64,000 bases of DNA from the NCBI RefSeq assembly GCF_001194135.2, contig NC_068995.1:168704-232703 (forward strand), given 5' to 3'. The DNA is from Octopus bimaculoides. Taxonomy: Eukaryota. Shown piece after piece: positions 1 through 14,200 of the stretch; positions within the stretch are counted from its first letter, which is position 1, and each line of letters begins with the position of its first letter. Below the pieces are notes generated by a model. That model was not told the origin of the DNA and did no database searches. It worked only from the letters and a program-made list of their open reading frames with translations. A program made the translations under genes and the position numbers.

Positions 1-238
1 ATTTGATTCTTGATAAACTCATGTTTATCTTTGTCATTGCCTTATTTATGTGTGTGTGTATTCGATATATCACACATACATCTATTATAGGCAATATAAC
101 ATGCATTTATGCAACACAAATTGCACCATTATCCCAACTCCAACCACGATAATGCAAATCCTATCCTTCCCAACTGAAAGGAACCAGAAAGACACAAAGA
201 AATGAAACAAATATATATATATATATATATATACTAAC

Positions 239-585
239 GTATTATTGACTTTCGGTCCGTTAGTTAGGGTGGAGAGGCTGGTGGTGGTGGTTGACTGAGA
301 AGTTATGGAAGCTGAAATCTGCGAAGGTCTGCGAGGCCGTTGTTTCTTTTGGATGTTGGGTCGAAGTTCATCGATTTCGTCCTCGCTGGCCGCTGTACTA
401 ATTTGACCATTGCTGCTGTCGTCAAGGAAACGTTTGTTGGTTTTGCCCCTCTTCTTGTGATGCATCATCGCTTCATCTAACTGTGCATATTTATCTGTCG
501 AACTGTCACTCATTATCGGTGGTATATTGGAATCTTTCTTGCTGAGTTCAATCCCAGTAATGGACGATGGAAGATTTTTGATAAT
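239..585 (-). CDS. Probable myosin tail exon: IIKNLPSSITGIELSKKDSNIPPIMSDSSTDKYAQLDEAMMHHKKRGK...RPRRPSQ...GPKVNN
   Basis: Acceptor tatttctttatgcatttaccag|, donor |gttagt, 347 nt open frame (phase 0 to 2), GC content above the intronic background; Ser/Thr/basic low-complexity tail. Confidence 0.75.
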
Positions 586-848
586 CTGGTAAATGCATAA
601 AGAAATAGATATATTGCTTAATTATTGCTTAAATACACAAATTAATAAATAATGGATAAATGATAAACCCAAAAATTTCATAGAAAATATATAATTTTCC
701 CTGCTTTGATACATACATACATACATTATATATATATTATACGTATACATTCATATCAACACACACACATACATACATGTGTATGTATGTGTGTAGACCA
801 AACAGACCTGAATGAGGCCAGAGCTGGGCGATGTCGGACATGACTTAC

Positions 849-986
849 ATTATTTATTGAAACCGATAAAAAAGAACTGAGTGACCTTGCTGTGAGGACA
901 GGAAAATCCAAAGTTTCGGACACTTTTCCTTCAGAATAAAGAAGTACTCTATCCGAAAGGTTGCATTTTCTATTCTTCACAGCAGC
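849..986 (-). CDS. Probable myosin tail exon: AAVKNRKCNLSDRVLLYSEGKVSETLDFPVLTARSLSSFLSVSINN
   Basis: Donor |gtaagt, 138 nt open frame, phase 0-0 fits both neighbours. The acceptor (tagtacagtcag|) lacks a good pyrimidine tract, and there is no conserved motif. Confidence 0.6.
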
Positions 987-2484
987 CTGACTGTACTAAT
1001 TGCTATATATATATATATATATATATAGCAATAAGAAAATGGAGGGGATCAAGAGGTGGTATTCATCAACTTATAGACATTATATTATGTCTATTTATAA
1101 AATATAAAAATACCAGTAATTATTAAAATATATAACGTAGGACATAGAAAATAGGATAAAATGTTACAGCTGTTTCAGCCAAGAGGCCAAAGTACTCCAC
1201 TCTACTTTTATCCCTTCAGTGAACTGAAGTATTTGGTAGATAAGATTAAGGTAGTTGGGTGTGTCTCTGGGCTTCGTCAGAGAGTTTAGGAAGTTTATAA
1301 GGTTCAGTTATAAATATAAATACATACATATATACATATTTCTACACATACACACATATATCTGTATATGTGTTTATGTATATGTAAAAAACTCAACCTT
1401 ATGAACTTTCTAAACTCTACTACTACTACTACTACTTTTATTATTATTATTATTATTATTATTAGTAGTAGTAGTAGTATCAAAGCATGTAGTAATAGCG
1501 CTCAGCAACAGACTTATGATGTTGAATGCTGTGTTTTGGGGATAGTTGTATCATTATTGCTGGTAATTCTCAGGTCAACTGATTTGTTTGTTATTTTGGT
1601 CATTCGCCTATTTAGAAATGTGATTGAAATTTCCCTCCAATCACACCGTAACGCCATAGAAATCGAAGACTACAGTGAGAGGGTGTGATGGAGTCCTAGA
1701 TATACGAAGGCTAAGGAAAAGATCCAATGTCATGGCTGGGTGGGATACCTTTGAAAGTAAATCTGATCAACTAAGGCTGACCCGGGGATTAAAAACAACG
1801 ACAGCAAAAATAGAGACATTGCAACTAGTTTGAACCAGTTTGATGGCGTGATTTGAATGAGAGACAGGCAGGTAGGTAGGTCGGTTTGTCGGTTGGGAAC
1901 GTATTGTTATTATGAAAGTTTCGAAAAATCAAAAAAAAAAAATCATCTGAATCAGTAAAAAAAGAAAAAAAAACAACAAAGAACGGGTGGCAATAGCAGG
2001 TGGCTCCATCTACAGAAACTGGTCAAACAAGGTTGACAGCATTCGCTCAGNNNNNNNNNNNNNNNNNNNNNNNNNNNNNNNNNNNNNNNNNNNNNNNNNN
2101 NNNNNNNNNNNNNNNNNNNNNNNNNNNNNNNNNNNNNNNNNNNNNNNNNNNNNNNNNNNNNNNNNNNNNNNNNNNNNNNNNNNNNNNNNNNNNNNNNNNN
2201 NNNNNNNNNNNNNNNNNNNNNNNNNNNNNNNNNNNNNNNNNNNNNNNNNNNNNNNNNNNNNNNNNNNNNNNNNNNNNNNNNNNNNNNNNNNNNNNNNNNN
2301 NNNNNNNNNNNNNNNNNNNNNNNNNNNNNNNNNNNNNNNNNNNNNNNNNNNNNNNNNNNNNNNNNNNNNNNNNNNNNNNNNNNNNNNNNNNNNNNNNNNN
2401 NNNNNNNNNNNNNNNNNNNNNNNNNNNNNNNNNNNNNNNNNNNNNNNNNNNNNNNNNNNNNNNNNNNNNNNNNNNNNNNNNTTT

Positions 2485-2686
2485 TAATCATTAGACTGCG
2501 GCCATGCTGGGTCATTGCCTTGAAGAACTTTCCATCGAATGAATGAACTGCAACTTATTCTATCGTTTGTTTTTACCGAACCTCTAGATTACGAGGACGT
2601 AAACAAGCACCACTTGTTAAGCGGTGTTGGGTACAAACACAGAAAGGCACAAGCATACGCGTGCCACACAAACATATATACAATAC

Positions 2687-2732
<46 letters not shown>

Positions 2733-2905
2733 ACGAGCTTCTTGCAGTTTCAATGAGTTTCCGTCTACCAAATGCACTCACAAGGTTTTGAACGGCCCGA
2801 GGCTATAGTAGAAGACACTTGCCCAAATTGACATGCAGTGGAACTGAACCCGGAGCCATGTGATTGGGAAGTGAGCTTCTTACCACACAGCTACACCTGC
2901 GCCAG
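2485..2905 (-). mobile_element. tRNA-derived SINE, family B (internal microsatellite)
   Basis: On the minus strand: head ggcgcaggtgtagctgtgtggtaagaagc..ccgggttcagttcc, gcaagtgtcttctactatagcctcgggccg, (TG)n spacer, tail cagcatggccgcagt. Confidence 0.75.
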
Positions 2906-3764
2906 TACATAAATATATTGATACATAGATACACACACACACACACACATACATCTATCTTGGCAGTCAACTCAGTAATGGGCGTGACCGCTGACAAGCA
3001 AAAGGAAAAATGAACTTTTTTTTCTTTGTTTCGCTGATTAATCTGCAGCGTTTTCCCAAACAGTTCCAGAAATGCTTCTTCTTCGTTAAAAGCCATGCAA
3101 AGTCATAGCAATTAACATTCTGTAGAAACGACATTTATCCGTTCAGATTGCCAACACAAAGACATCTTTTGCACAATTGGCTGATATATGTTCTTTCAAA
3201 TGCTAATAATCTATTATTAGTTTGCTTTCGTTCATATGACCTTGATTGGCTCACAAGACAGGTTTTAGAGAAATAAACTCGACAAGAAATTGAGCGTTCG
3301 ACGGGAATATTAATATCGAAGCGCTTCCTTTCTTTTTGTTTCAATTTTACGATTCCCTTCAAAGTTATTGAAGGCAATAAGTATATTTTCGTCCTCATGA
3401 GACCCTATCAACTGCATCTTTTTTCTCAAACTTGCCGCAAGAATATCACCCAATTTTCATGGATCAGACTCAAGGCAGCGTTTGTATCTTAATTTGTCTG
3501 CTAGGGAATTATTTCTCAGAAAGTAGTTCCCTATAAACAACTGGCTGTTGACACTTTTCTTGTTTCAGATGAACTAAAAAGCGTTTACATCTTAGTCTGT
3601 TATGTTGTAAGTGAGCTTCCATACTAAAAACGGGCGGCGAAGGGGTAGAGTTGTTTGCGCAGTGTTTGTTCCAGCTGTCAATTCCCGCTTAGTCAACTTT
3701 GCCTTTCATCCTTCTAATCCGAAGTCGTGAATTGGCAATTCACACACACACACATATATGTCTA

Positions 3765-3893
3765 TCGATCTCGAAGGAATGAAAGGCAAAGCCGATCTTG
3801 GCAGAGTTTGAACGCAGAACCGAAATTCGAACGAAATGCCGCTTGGGTATTTTGTTCGGCGTGTTAACGATATTCTGCAAGCTCGCCGCCTTA
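3765..3893 (-). mobile_element. tRNA-derived SINE, family A (partial)
   Basis: Reverse complement of ggcggcgagct..gttc.. + ctttgcctttcattcc core that recurs throughout the window. Confidence 0.7.
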
Positions 3894-4329
3894 GACATGT
3901 CGAAAATATATTGTGAAGCAGTCATTGAAGCCACTTAGAAACTTATTATAATTCCGACTCAACGCATAGAGTTTGCATTTGTGTGTAAGAACGCCGTGTT
4001 TTGGTGCCACGTGAATTGCCGTTCGATAAAGCCAACAGAAAATGTAAATGTTCACAATGGTGAAATTTCAGAGCCGAGGGTACTTTATTTTTATGCCCTT
4101 TTTATATTTTGTTAAATTACAGGAAGTGGTTTTTGTTTTGGTGGTGGAGCATGTGACAAGTGTCAGGCAGCAAGGCTCTGCTGCAGCTCATATTTATTTT
4201 ATTTTTGAACCCTAGGACTTGTGAGGCTGGTTACATGGTTTCCATAGTGTATAAATGTGCGGAATCAAAATATTCCTCATGAACGGACGCCGGTTCGTTA
4301 CAGGGTTCAAGGCGAATAATTCGGAGGGG

Positions 4330-4500
4330 ACGAGTCGATGATGTTGACCCCAGTAGTTGACTGGTATTTCATTTTATCGAACTCGAAGAAATGAAAGGAA
4401 AATTTGATTTCAGCGGAATTTGAAATCAGAACGTAAAGGACCGAGAGAAACGTTGTTAAGCATTTTGCTCAATGCGCTGACGATCCTGAAAGTTGAACGC
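4330..4500 (-). mobile_element. SINE family A (degenerate)
   Basis: gaccccagtagttgactggta..tatcga..gaaagg..cggaatttgaaatcagaacgta. Confidence 0.7.
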
Positions 4501-4978
4501 CATCTTTCTACTTTTCCAGTAGAAAGCAAACCTTGAAAACCGTGAAACGGATTTCTTTGGAAAAATGGCTTTGCTTTCTGTTGGTATAATTACAGAGAAA
4601 AACCAAGATATATCGATGGATGAAATTTATATAAAAACGAAAAAAGAACACAGTTCTGAAGGGAAACATTATGAGGTTCTGTTATTATAGGATTTCCAAA
4701 CCGTTGAGAAAGAAATGTTCTGGAATCGAAATCGAGACCGGATTGCAAGATCTTTCCCACTTGTTTTACGCTTCTTGCGACATTTATGTTAATAAGGTAC
4801 AACATACTTCGGACTAGGACTATGGATACTTGTTGTGCGCATTTAAGGAATATATACACACATGCATACATACATGTGTATGTATATATTATACACACAC
4901 ACTCGCATACATATATGTATACATTTACAAAGGTATATATATATATATTATATATGCCTACATACAATGCATGCGATT

Positions 4979-5019
<41 letters not shown>

Positions 5020-5054
5020 CGTGCGTGCGTGTGTGTGTGTGTGTGTGTGTGTGT

Positions 5055-5217
5055 CACCCATCACCGCTTGACAACAGATGCTGGTATGTTTACGTCCCCA
5101 TAAATTAGCGGTTCATAAAAAAACAGAATAAGTTCTAGGTTTAAGAGATTAATCCCAGGGTCGATTTGAAGGTGATGCTGCAGTATGGCCGTAGTCAAAT
5201 GACTGAAACAAGTAAAA

Positions 5218-5220
<3 letters not shown>
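5055..5220 (+). mobile_element. SINE family B, 3' half
   Basis: catcaccgcttgacaacagatgctggtatgtttacgtccccataaattagcggttc..cagtatggccgtagtcaaatgactgaaacaagtaaaaga. Confidence 0.75.
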
Positions 5221-5267
<47 letters not shown>

Positions 5268-5646
5268 GTATGTATGTACNNNNNNNNNNNNNNNNNNNNN
5301 NNNNNNNNNNNNNNNNNNNNNNNNNNNNNNNNNNNNNNNNNNNNNNNNNNNNNNNNNNNNNNNNNNNNNNNNNNNNNNNNNNNNNNNNNNNNNNNNNNNN
5401 NNNNNNNNNNNNNNNNNNNNNNNNNNNNNNNNNNNNNNNNNNNNNNNNNNNNNNNNNNNNNNNNNNNNNNNNNNNNNNNNNNNNNNNNNNNNNNNNNNNN
5501 NNNNNNNNNNNNNNNNNNNNNNNNNNNNNNNNNNNNNNNNNNNNNNNNNNNNNNNNNNNNNNNNNNNNNNNNNNNNNNNNNNNNNNNNNNNNNNNNNNNN
5601 NNNNNNNNNNNNNNNNNNNNNNNNNNNNNNNNNNNNNNNNAAAAGT

Positions 5647-5720
<74 letters not shown>

Positions 5721-6300
5721 GTATGTATGTACAATACGTTTATATAGAAACAATTCGCTATAAACTGTTGGAGTCTTCTAATGTCTGTCTCTTTCTCTCA
5801 GTAAGTCTTTCTGTCTCTGCTTCTACGAGGAAATCTTTCTGTCTCTAAGTATCGACAAGTTCTTCAAACATACTTTTGTAGATGTGGCCCGCGAGCGTTT
5901 TGGGACGTAATTTTTGTTTATGTACAAGATCGAGTTGCAGCCATTTTTGATGATATGAAAAACGAAAGGTTTTTTTTCTCTTCTTTATCTCTTGTTTCTC
6001 CGTGTTTTAATTTTAAGATTTTCTATGAACTGTTTTTTCTTAATCGTAGAAAATATTTTTAAACACACTCAAACAGGAAAATAACAAAACGGTGACAAAA
6101 TTGATGCGGGTAAAATGAGACTGTCTTCCTTGCTTTTCGCCCCTTTTTTATCGCCTTTTAAAGGTTTCCCTTCTTTTTCTTTTCTTTAACGCCAAGTTTT
6201 ATGGAATCTATAGACAATGTGAAGTGGCAAACGTCAAAAGACTTATTTTTCCAACCACGTTTGTAACAGAATATAAAAGAGCTGCGATGGCCAGTCAGTT

Positions 6301-6483
6301 ATATTATCCTTATAAATGAAAGAATCGCGTTGGTCATTCATTAATATTATCCTTATAAATGAAAGAATCGCGTTGGTCATTCATTAATATTATCCTTATA
6401 AATGAAAGAATCGCGTTGGTCATTCATTAATATTATCCTTATAAATGAAAGAATCGCGTTGGTCATTCATTAATATTATCCTT
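6301..6483. repeat. 43-bp minisatellite, about 4.25 perfect copies
   Basis: Unit atattatccttataaatgaaagaatcgcgttggtcattcatta at 6301, 6344, 6387, 6430, partial at 6473. Confidence 0.95.
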
Positions 6484-6540
6484 CACAAATGACATATACT
6501 GGTCAGCCAATAAAGTTATCCTTACGAATCAGAGAATTCT

Positions 6541-6575
<35 letters not shown>

Positions 6576-6999
6576 ATTTCCTCAGAATTGTAATGGTCCC
6601 AAGAGAAGAAACTAGAGATGACCAAGACAGAGGCGGAGCGAAGGGTGTCTCTCTATGTGTGTGTGTAAGTATGCGTGTATGTGTCTGTGTGTGTGCGTAC
6701 GTTGTTGCTGTTGCTGTTGTTGTTGTTGTTGCCCGTCTTTATAGAGATCGGGTTCAGCTGTGCCGTCTCCAGCAACGGCTGTGAAAGACTGCAACGTCCG
6801 GCTGAAGGGACACACACTGAGATACTTCGGTTTATGAGAAGGTAGTGGTGGTCGTAGTGGTGGAAGTAGTGGTGGTGGTGGTGGTGGTGGTGGTGGTGGT
6901 GAAAGGAAGGAGACGAAACTCTTTTAGCAAGGTTCAACGAGCGTCATTGGTGGTTTGTTGGTTTGTTTGTCGTTGTTGTTGGACGAATGTGAGAGGGAG

Positions 7000-7507
7000 A
7001 GAGAAAGAAAGAGAGAGAGAGAAGAAGAAGAGCGAGAGAGAGGGATATGGTGAAATATAGAAAGGGTATGTAGAGAAGAAGAGAGGAGGGAATACAGAGG
7101 CGAGAGAGAGAGAGAGGGGGGGGGAGACGGAGAGAAGGAAATAAGGATAGGGACAGAACAGAAACAGAGGAGAGAGAAAGAGTAAGAGAGAGAGAGTAGA
7201 AAGGAGTAAGAGAGAGAGAGTAGAAAGGAGTAAGAGAGAGAGAGTAGGAGAGAGAAAGAGTAAGAGAGAGAAAGAGTAAGAGAGAGAGAGAGAGTAGAAA
7301 GGAGTAAGAGAGAGTAGGAAAGAGAAGGAGTAAGAGAGAGTAGGAAAGAGAAAGAGTAAGAGAGAGAGAGTAGAAAGGAGTAAGAGAGAATAGGAGAGAG
7401 AAAGAGTAAGATTTAGAGTTCAGGTGAGGAATGAAAAAAAAACAAAGAAAACTAAACATCAAAGAATGTTTGTGAAGAATGTTGAAGAGGAAAAAAGGTG
7501 GAAGTGT

Positions 7508-7557
<50 letters not shown>

Positions 7558-7560
7558 AGA
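7000..7560. repeat. Polypurine compound satellite, (GA)n with a recurring gagtaagagagagagagtagaaag unit
   Basis: Directly visible; almost no cytosines on the + strand across about 7165-7400. Confidence 0.85.
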
Positions 7561-8256
7561 AAGGTTATATGATGATGATGATAATGATGAAAAGGGAAGA
7601 AAAAGAGAAGGTAAAAAAACAGAAGATGGCAGAAGATACAATAAAGAGGGATAAAACTTTGGTTATCGATCTGTGGAGTAAATAAAGGGGAAAAGGCAGA
7701 GGTGGGAGTTTTTCTTAAGATGGCGGAGAGTGGAGCTAAGACATTTTTATGTCTCAACAACCATCGCCATTGCTATTACATTCAAGGATGTCAACCACTG
7801 TTGTTGTTGTTTTTTTGTATCTATATTGTTTGTATATTTACAGTATGATATGGAAGTGTGTGTGTATGTGTGTGTATTCATCGATATGAAACCTCACGGG
7901 TTGGTGTTTTCTCCTCCATTTCCATTGAGGCAGGAGAATTCTCCCTTTCCATTGGCTCCAAATGGATCGACGCCAGAATTCAAATGGCAGAAACGATTTG
8001 ATGAAGCAGAGAAGAAACGGCAGCCATTAAAGTGGTGGTGATGCTGTGTCATTTGGATGAGCCTTAACTGAGTAGAGCTAGGATCAAAAATCTTCCAGTT
8101 TTGCCCATCCCTTCTTTTTATCATTCATTGTTTATCTTGGACGACATTATCTAAAGTCCTCTTCTTTTAAAGGTTTTGTTCGAGGGAAATTTGGGAAATA
8201 TTAATTTTAGGGCGAGCGACCACATAGGAACATCTGGGTAGAGAGAGAGAGAGAGA

Positions 8257-8300
<44 letters not shown>

Positions 8301-8859
8301 AAAGAGAAGAGAAAGNNNNNNNNNNTAGCGGAGGAGGGGGTAGAATGACTTAACACAACAGACGACAGAAAATGTGGTGGCGGCGGCGGTGGTGGCGGTG
8401 GCGGCGGTGGCGGTGGCGGTGGCGGTGGTGGTATTATTTGAAAGAGCAGACGGCACCGAGATAGGGATGATGGTATATGGCCTGAAGGATCAGACGGTTG
8501 CAATATTTGTCCGGAAGAAGAAACTGCAAAGAATTGTTGGGAACAAACAGTAGATATCGGTGTGGGAATGTATAGTATGTGCGGATATGTGTGAATGTGT
8601 GTGTGTGGGGGGGGGGGGGGGTGTATAAGTCTATGAGAATTGGAGAGATTGCAGCCATAGTTGATATTATGACGGAGGGGGAGAGAAGTCGGAGACAGAA
8701 AGGAAGTATGTAACTATGAAAAAAAGAGTTGCTGAGAGGGAGGGGAGGGGAGAGAGAGAGAGAGAGAGAGAGAGGCGGAAACAGAGAGATAGAGAGAAAG
8801 AGAGAGGGAGAGAAAGAAAGAGGAATAAAGAGAACTACCGAGAAAGAAAAGAGAAACAG

Positions 8860-8898
<39 letters not shown>

Positions 8899-9248
8899 AA
8901 AGGAAAGAGATTAGGAGAGCCGCTGAGAGAGAGAGAGAGGGGGGGAGGGAGAGAGAGAGATAACCAAATAGATAGAGAGAAATAAAGCGAGACATATGTA
9001 ACTAAATAGAGATAAAGAGAGAAGAACTCTATAGCTGTGACTTCATTGAGATACACACACTCACATATATACGTTTATATCTAAGTATATATATATATAT
9101 ATATATATATTTCTATCTCTTTCTCTCTATCTATCTATATCTATATATACATGTGTGCATATATGCGGGAATAAGCAACGTGGAATGAGGTGTTTAAAGA
9201 GCAGTTACGTAAGGACCCAGGCGCGCGCGCACNNNNNNNNNNNNNNNN

Positions 9249-9299
<51 letters not shown>

Positions 9300-10219
9300 A
9301 TGTATATAAACTGAATTCAAATTTTCTGCTCTGAAGTTGAAAAAAAAATCAATTAAATTCTCTTGGTGGTCTTTGAAGGGATTCTCTTGTAAACACATCA
9401 TATATGTTTGTGTGATGGGACACACAGACACATACACAGACTAATACAAACACACTAATACGAATGGATAAATATATACATATATACACACACATATATG
9501 TATAGAGTAAAATCTATAGCACTTGTATAAGAATTAATATATTTGTTTAAGGCCGTTCATTGATGATTCACTCCGTCGTTACTCAGAGTTTTCTTCTTTG
9601 CCACGTGAGGACCTTTGGCATGGAACTAACTCTGAGACTAATTGTGGTGGAGAGAATCATCAGTGTTGTTGGCTATATACATACATATATATATGTATGT
9701 ATATCTGTATCTATTCTTCTGTGTCTCTCACCACGCACACATTGATATCTATACACACACATGCACACATATACATGCACGTGTGTGTAAAGTACCCGCC
9801 ATAGCAATTACGACTATTCATGTTGCTTTCCACGAGAAATACCCACGAAAAGCGACACCACTGGTCCTGTTCGAGTCGCTTAGAAAACGGATTTTGTTTC
9901 TTGTTGTTGAACGCAAAAAGCCAAGATGGCAGCGTGTCATGTGACGCACGATTTCACGACTGCTTTGTTTGTTACTCTAAAAATGAGATGACATAAATAC
10001 GTTTAATTTTGTCTTTTACTTCAGGAGTAGCTTTGGGGTTATTTATCTAATGATATTGCTCAATGAAATATAAATTGGACTGTCTGCAAGCCTTATAGAA
10101 TGGACATGCATCTTTCCAAAATGCATCCAGATGTGTCGCGAAAGAAATGTTTTATCTTCTTTGTTATGGCACTTGAAGAGCAATCTCTTTCTAATTCTGT
10201 CACAAAGAAAATAATATAT

Positions 10220-10261
<42 letters not shown>

Positions 10262-11562
10262 ACATATAGCAGAATCTATGCGTTTACTGACTTGTAGATT
10301 ACAAGGCATTTATAGATGCTTGTATATGAGTATGCATCGCTGCGCACCCTGTGTGTGTGTGCGTGATGGATACACAGTTTATACGTTTTTACTACCTGCT
10401 GCGTGTGCATTATATTTATGGTGTATATATGAAATATGTGTGTGTGTGTCAAGCGTGTATTAGAGGTATTGGTGTTGACGGTGGTGATGGTGGTAACTGT
10501 AAGGTACTACGTAATCAAATCTAATCATAGTATGTAACTGGTACACTCCACCTTATATTTTTATCGATCCACTGACAACGAAATTGCACAGCGGCTCCCT
10601 GATGAATTTGACCTTGTCTATACGCACATACATAAATGTCTACAGTCATACACGCTTGCATACACACACACACAAACACACACCGAGAAAGAGAGGGAGG
10701 AGAACCGAGGTCGAATACCATCAATCGATTATAATCTCTCAATTGAAGAATTTCACCTTGTGCCTGGTTCCCCACTCCAACCCTTTATAAAAAAATTTAA
10801 GCTTTCAGTCACGAGCAATATATTATCATCAGGGAATTTGTTGCTCGGCGAAGGTTGAAATGGAGTTAAAGACGGCGACAGCAATAACAACAATGACGGC
10901 CATCACAGCTGCAGCACACCACCCTTACCACAGCTGCAGCACACCACCCTTACCACAGCAATAACTGCAACACGTATCACCCTCCACAACAACAGTCACA
11001 ATGGTAACTCAGTTGGTGATCAATCTCGTAGAAATAGCAGTCAAAACTTCCTCATATAACACACCACTGCTTTGAAAAAAGAAGACACTGTAGAGGGAGC
11101 CCATCCCCCAAAGTTACAAGGTCTGCTAGAAATAGCAGCCAAACCTGTCTCAAAGACCACTGCAACATTTTAAATAAAGAATGCATCGGGTTATGATATA
11201 CATACACAAAAGACAAAAACAAAAAGCTAACGGGACGGGCAAGGAAGGAACACCTTTGAGTAAAAAACAACAATAATAAGCTGGTGATGCACGTCCACCG
11301 CGTTAAGCCACCTCTGCCCCTCATTTCCTTTCCTATAACAGCTCCACCCCTTCATCCTTCTCCAATGTATAGATTACTGAAGGCCTTCAACATGACAAAA
11401 TGGCGGCGGTCCGAATAAAGGATTCATTTGTTGTAGTTGTTGATATAAACTAAACACGTTTAATCCAATATCAACTTAGTAAACATATCTTTGGTCACAC
11501 TGACCTGGCACCTGTGACACACACAGATGCACACATGCACACACACACATGCAAACGCATGT

Positions 11563-11619
<57 letters not shown>

Positions 11620-12522
11620 TACACACACGCGCGCGCTCCGTCGCAGCGTCAATGAGAAGGTGTTTCCTTCATTTACTTTACTCTTACAAATTTGAACCAA
11701 AAACTCCCCAAAATTCATTAGTTATAGGAATATTTGTTGTAGACATTTGGTGAAAATATCTCGTTAGCATTCATTTAAGACCAACCCATAAAGTGCATAT
11801 TTGCCGCCATCCCCAGAATGCATGCATGCATGTATGTATGTATGTGTGTCTATCTATCTATATCTATCTATCTATCTANNNNNNNNNNATATATATAAAC
11901 TGACAGAAAATAATGAATTCAGAGAAAATAATATCAAACTTTTAGCATGTGTGCTTCACTTTCTGTGCTGAAATATATACGCAAAACAGTATACAAGCCC
12001 GAATCAAAATGCGAGTCATACTAAGTCAGATTACTTGCTAGAAATAGCAGCTACATCTTTCTCCGATGATACACAAGTAAAAGGAATATATGTGCGTTTG
12101 TGTGTATGTATATGTATATATTTATGTATATGTATATATAAAAAATGTATATATGTTTATGTGTATGTGCATGTATATAAATGCGTGTGTATGTATATGT
12201 GTTTGTATACGTTTGTGTTTTTTGTATGTATATAATGTTTATATGTACACGTCACATATTTGAGTGTGTATACGCGTGTGTGCATGTGAATATAAATACG
12301 TTACATTTTATAGGACATTCTATTTCTGTTAACATGTCTGTTTGATGAGTCTGTTATTTATATCCTTCCTCATGAGATTGATGTACTGCTGACCATAATT
12401 TATCCCGTCCGACATTTTTGGTGTGCATCCGTCGAAACATATGTAGATGAATTCAAGATATAAATGGTTTAACAACATCAGCAGCGATCGTCTCCCTATT
12501 CAGTTTTCCTATATACATGTGT

Positions 12523-12559
<37 letters not shown>

Positions 12560-12569
12560 NNNNNNNNNN

Positions 12570-12612
<43 letters not shown>

Positions 12613-13204
12613 AAAGATGGAGAGAGAAATGGATAGATAAGTAGATAGGTCGAGATTTTAAAAAGGAGTGTGTATGTGTATGCTTCTGTGTGTATGTGTG
12701 AGCGTTTGATTTACACATTTCGTTCCTTCGTCTCCACACCCACCAACAAATATTACTGTTATGATGACCTTAACATTTAAATTTAAATTTAGTGACAATT
12801 ACTTCATACTTTCCTAAGCAAATCTCTCAGACATTCTCCTCGTCCATCTCTACACACAGACATTCGTTGAGCACAAATTCCAAGGGAGAAACGTCTTATT
12901 GACGGCCAATGAAGGCAGCAGAAGAAGAAGGTGAAGAAGACGACGAAGAGAAAAAAGAATTTTTGATCTAATTAATAAATTCTTCACTCATACACGCGCC
13001 TGGGAATGTGTGATGCGTGTATGTGTGTATATGTGTGTATGTATGTATGTGTGTGTGTGTGCATTGTGTGCATATCTGATAAGTGCCATGCGCGAAACTC
13101 TCAGCTCTTGGGCTACTTTTGTAATTTTCTGCTGATTAAAAATAACATGGACACACACACACATACATACATATGCATGGATATACATATATATAACATT
13201 GTAT

Positions 13205-13243
<39 letters not shown>

Positions 13244-13633
13244 CATATGTAATTTGTCGTCTTTTCTCCTTGAAACTGCTGCTGATAACTACAAAAATGA
13301 AAACTTTAAATATTTTCTTTTGGAAGGACTTTTCGGGAATTTGACGAATTTTATAACAAAAGAATCTTGTATTTTTATATATACTCTTTGTCTTTTAATT
13401 CCGTTTCTTTTTGTTGAATTTCTTTTTTTTTCGAAAATTGTCTTTTATCATTTCTTTATAGAAAGAACAAAAAATAATTTAAACAACTTTTTTCTGCATG
13501 TTGTTTATTTTATATTTGTTAGTGTTTCAGTGTGTATTTTTTTGTTTGTTTTTTACTTTTCTTTTAAAAATATCTCTTCTCTGGTCCGCTTTGCGATTCA
13601 CCTTTAAATGCATACCCATAAAACACACACACA

Positions 13634-13667
<34 letters not shown>

Positions 13668-14143
13668 TTATATATGTGTTTTATGCAGACAAATATGGAC
13701 GGCAATGAACAAATCCTTAGGAAAACAAGGGGCATTACTATGATGTAACCAACTGATCTAACAAAGGAACTCTTCAGTGTGTTCTGCTTGCTTAGTTGAG
13801 TAAGGCTATTTGTTGTGCAAATCAACTTTATAAGACGTAAATTGCTAATGCTGTTGTTGATGTTGTTATTGCATTTCGTCGCTGTTGGTTTTCCTGTCTG
13901 GGGGATAAGAAATCTTCAAAGAATCTCTCTCCTTTCGCCGCTCCTACTTCGTACGTTTGTATATACATGCGTCCCGGCACGTGAGAATGCATGTATGTAT
14001 ATTCGTATTCATGTGTACATGTATATATGTATATATATTATTTCTATAACATACGATATATATATATATATATATATATACATACACGTATAAATATATA
14101 TAGATATATGTGTCTATCTATCTATCTGTGTGTGTGTGTGTGT

Positions 14144-14200
<57 letters not shown>

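Noticed and set aside
2720-2905. tRNA-like A/B boxes here and in other SINE heads as tRNA genes
   Set aside because: No complete cloverleaf; each is joined to SINE body sequence.
3135-3398. 87-aa minus ORF with NNRLLAFER, reminiscent of an RTE reverse transcriptase tail
   Set aside because: A single short motif is insufficient to assign a family.
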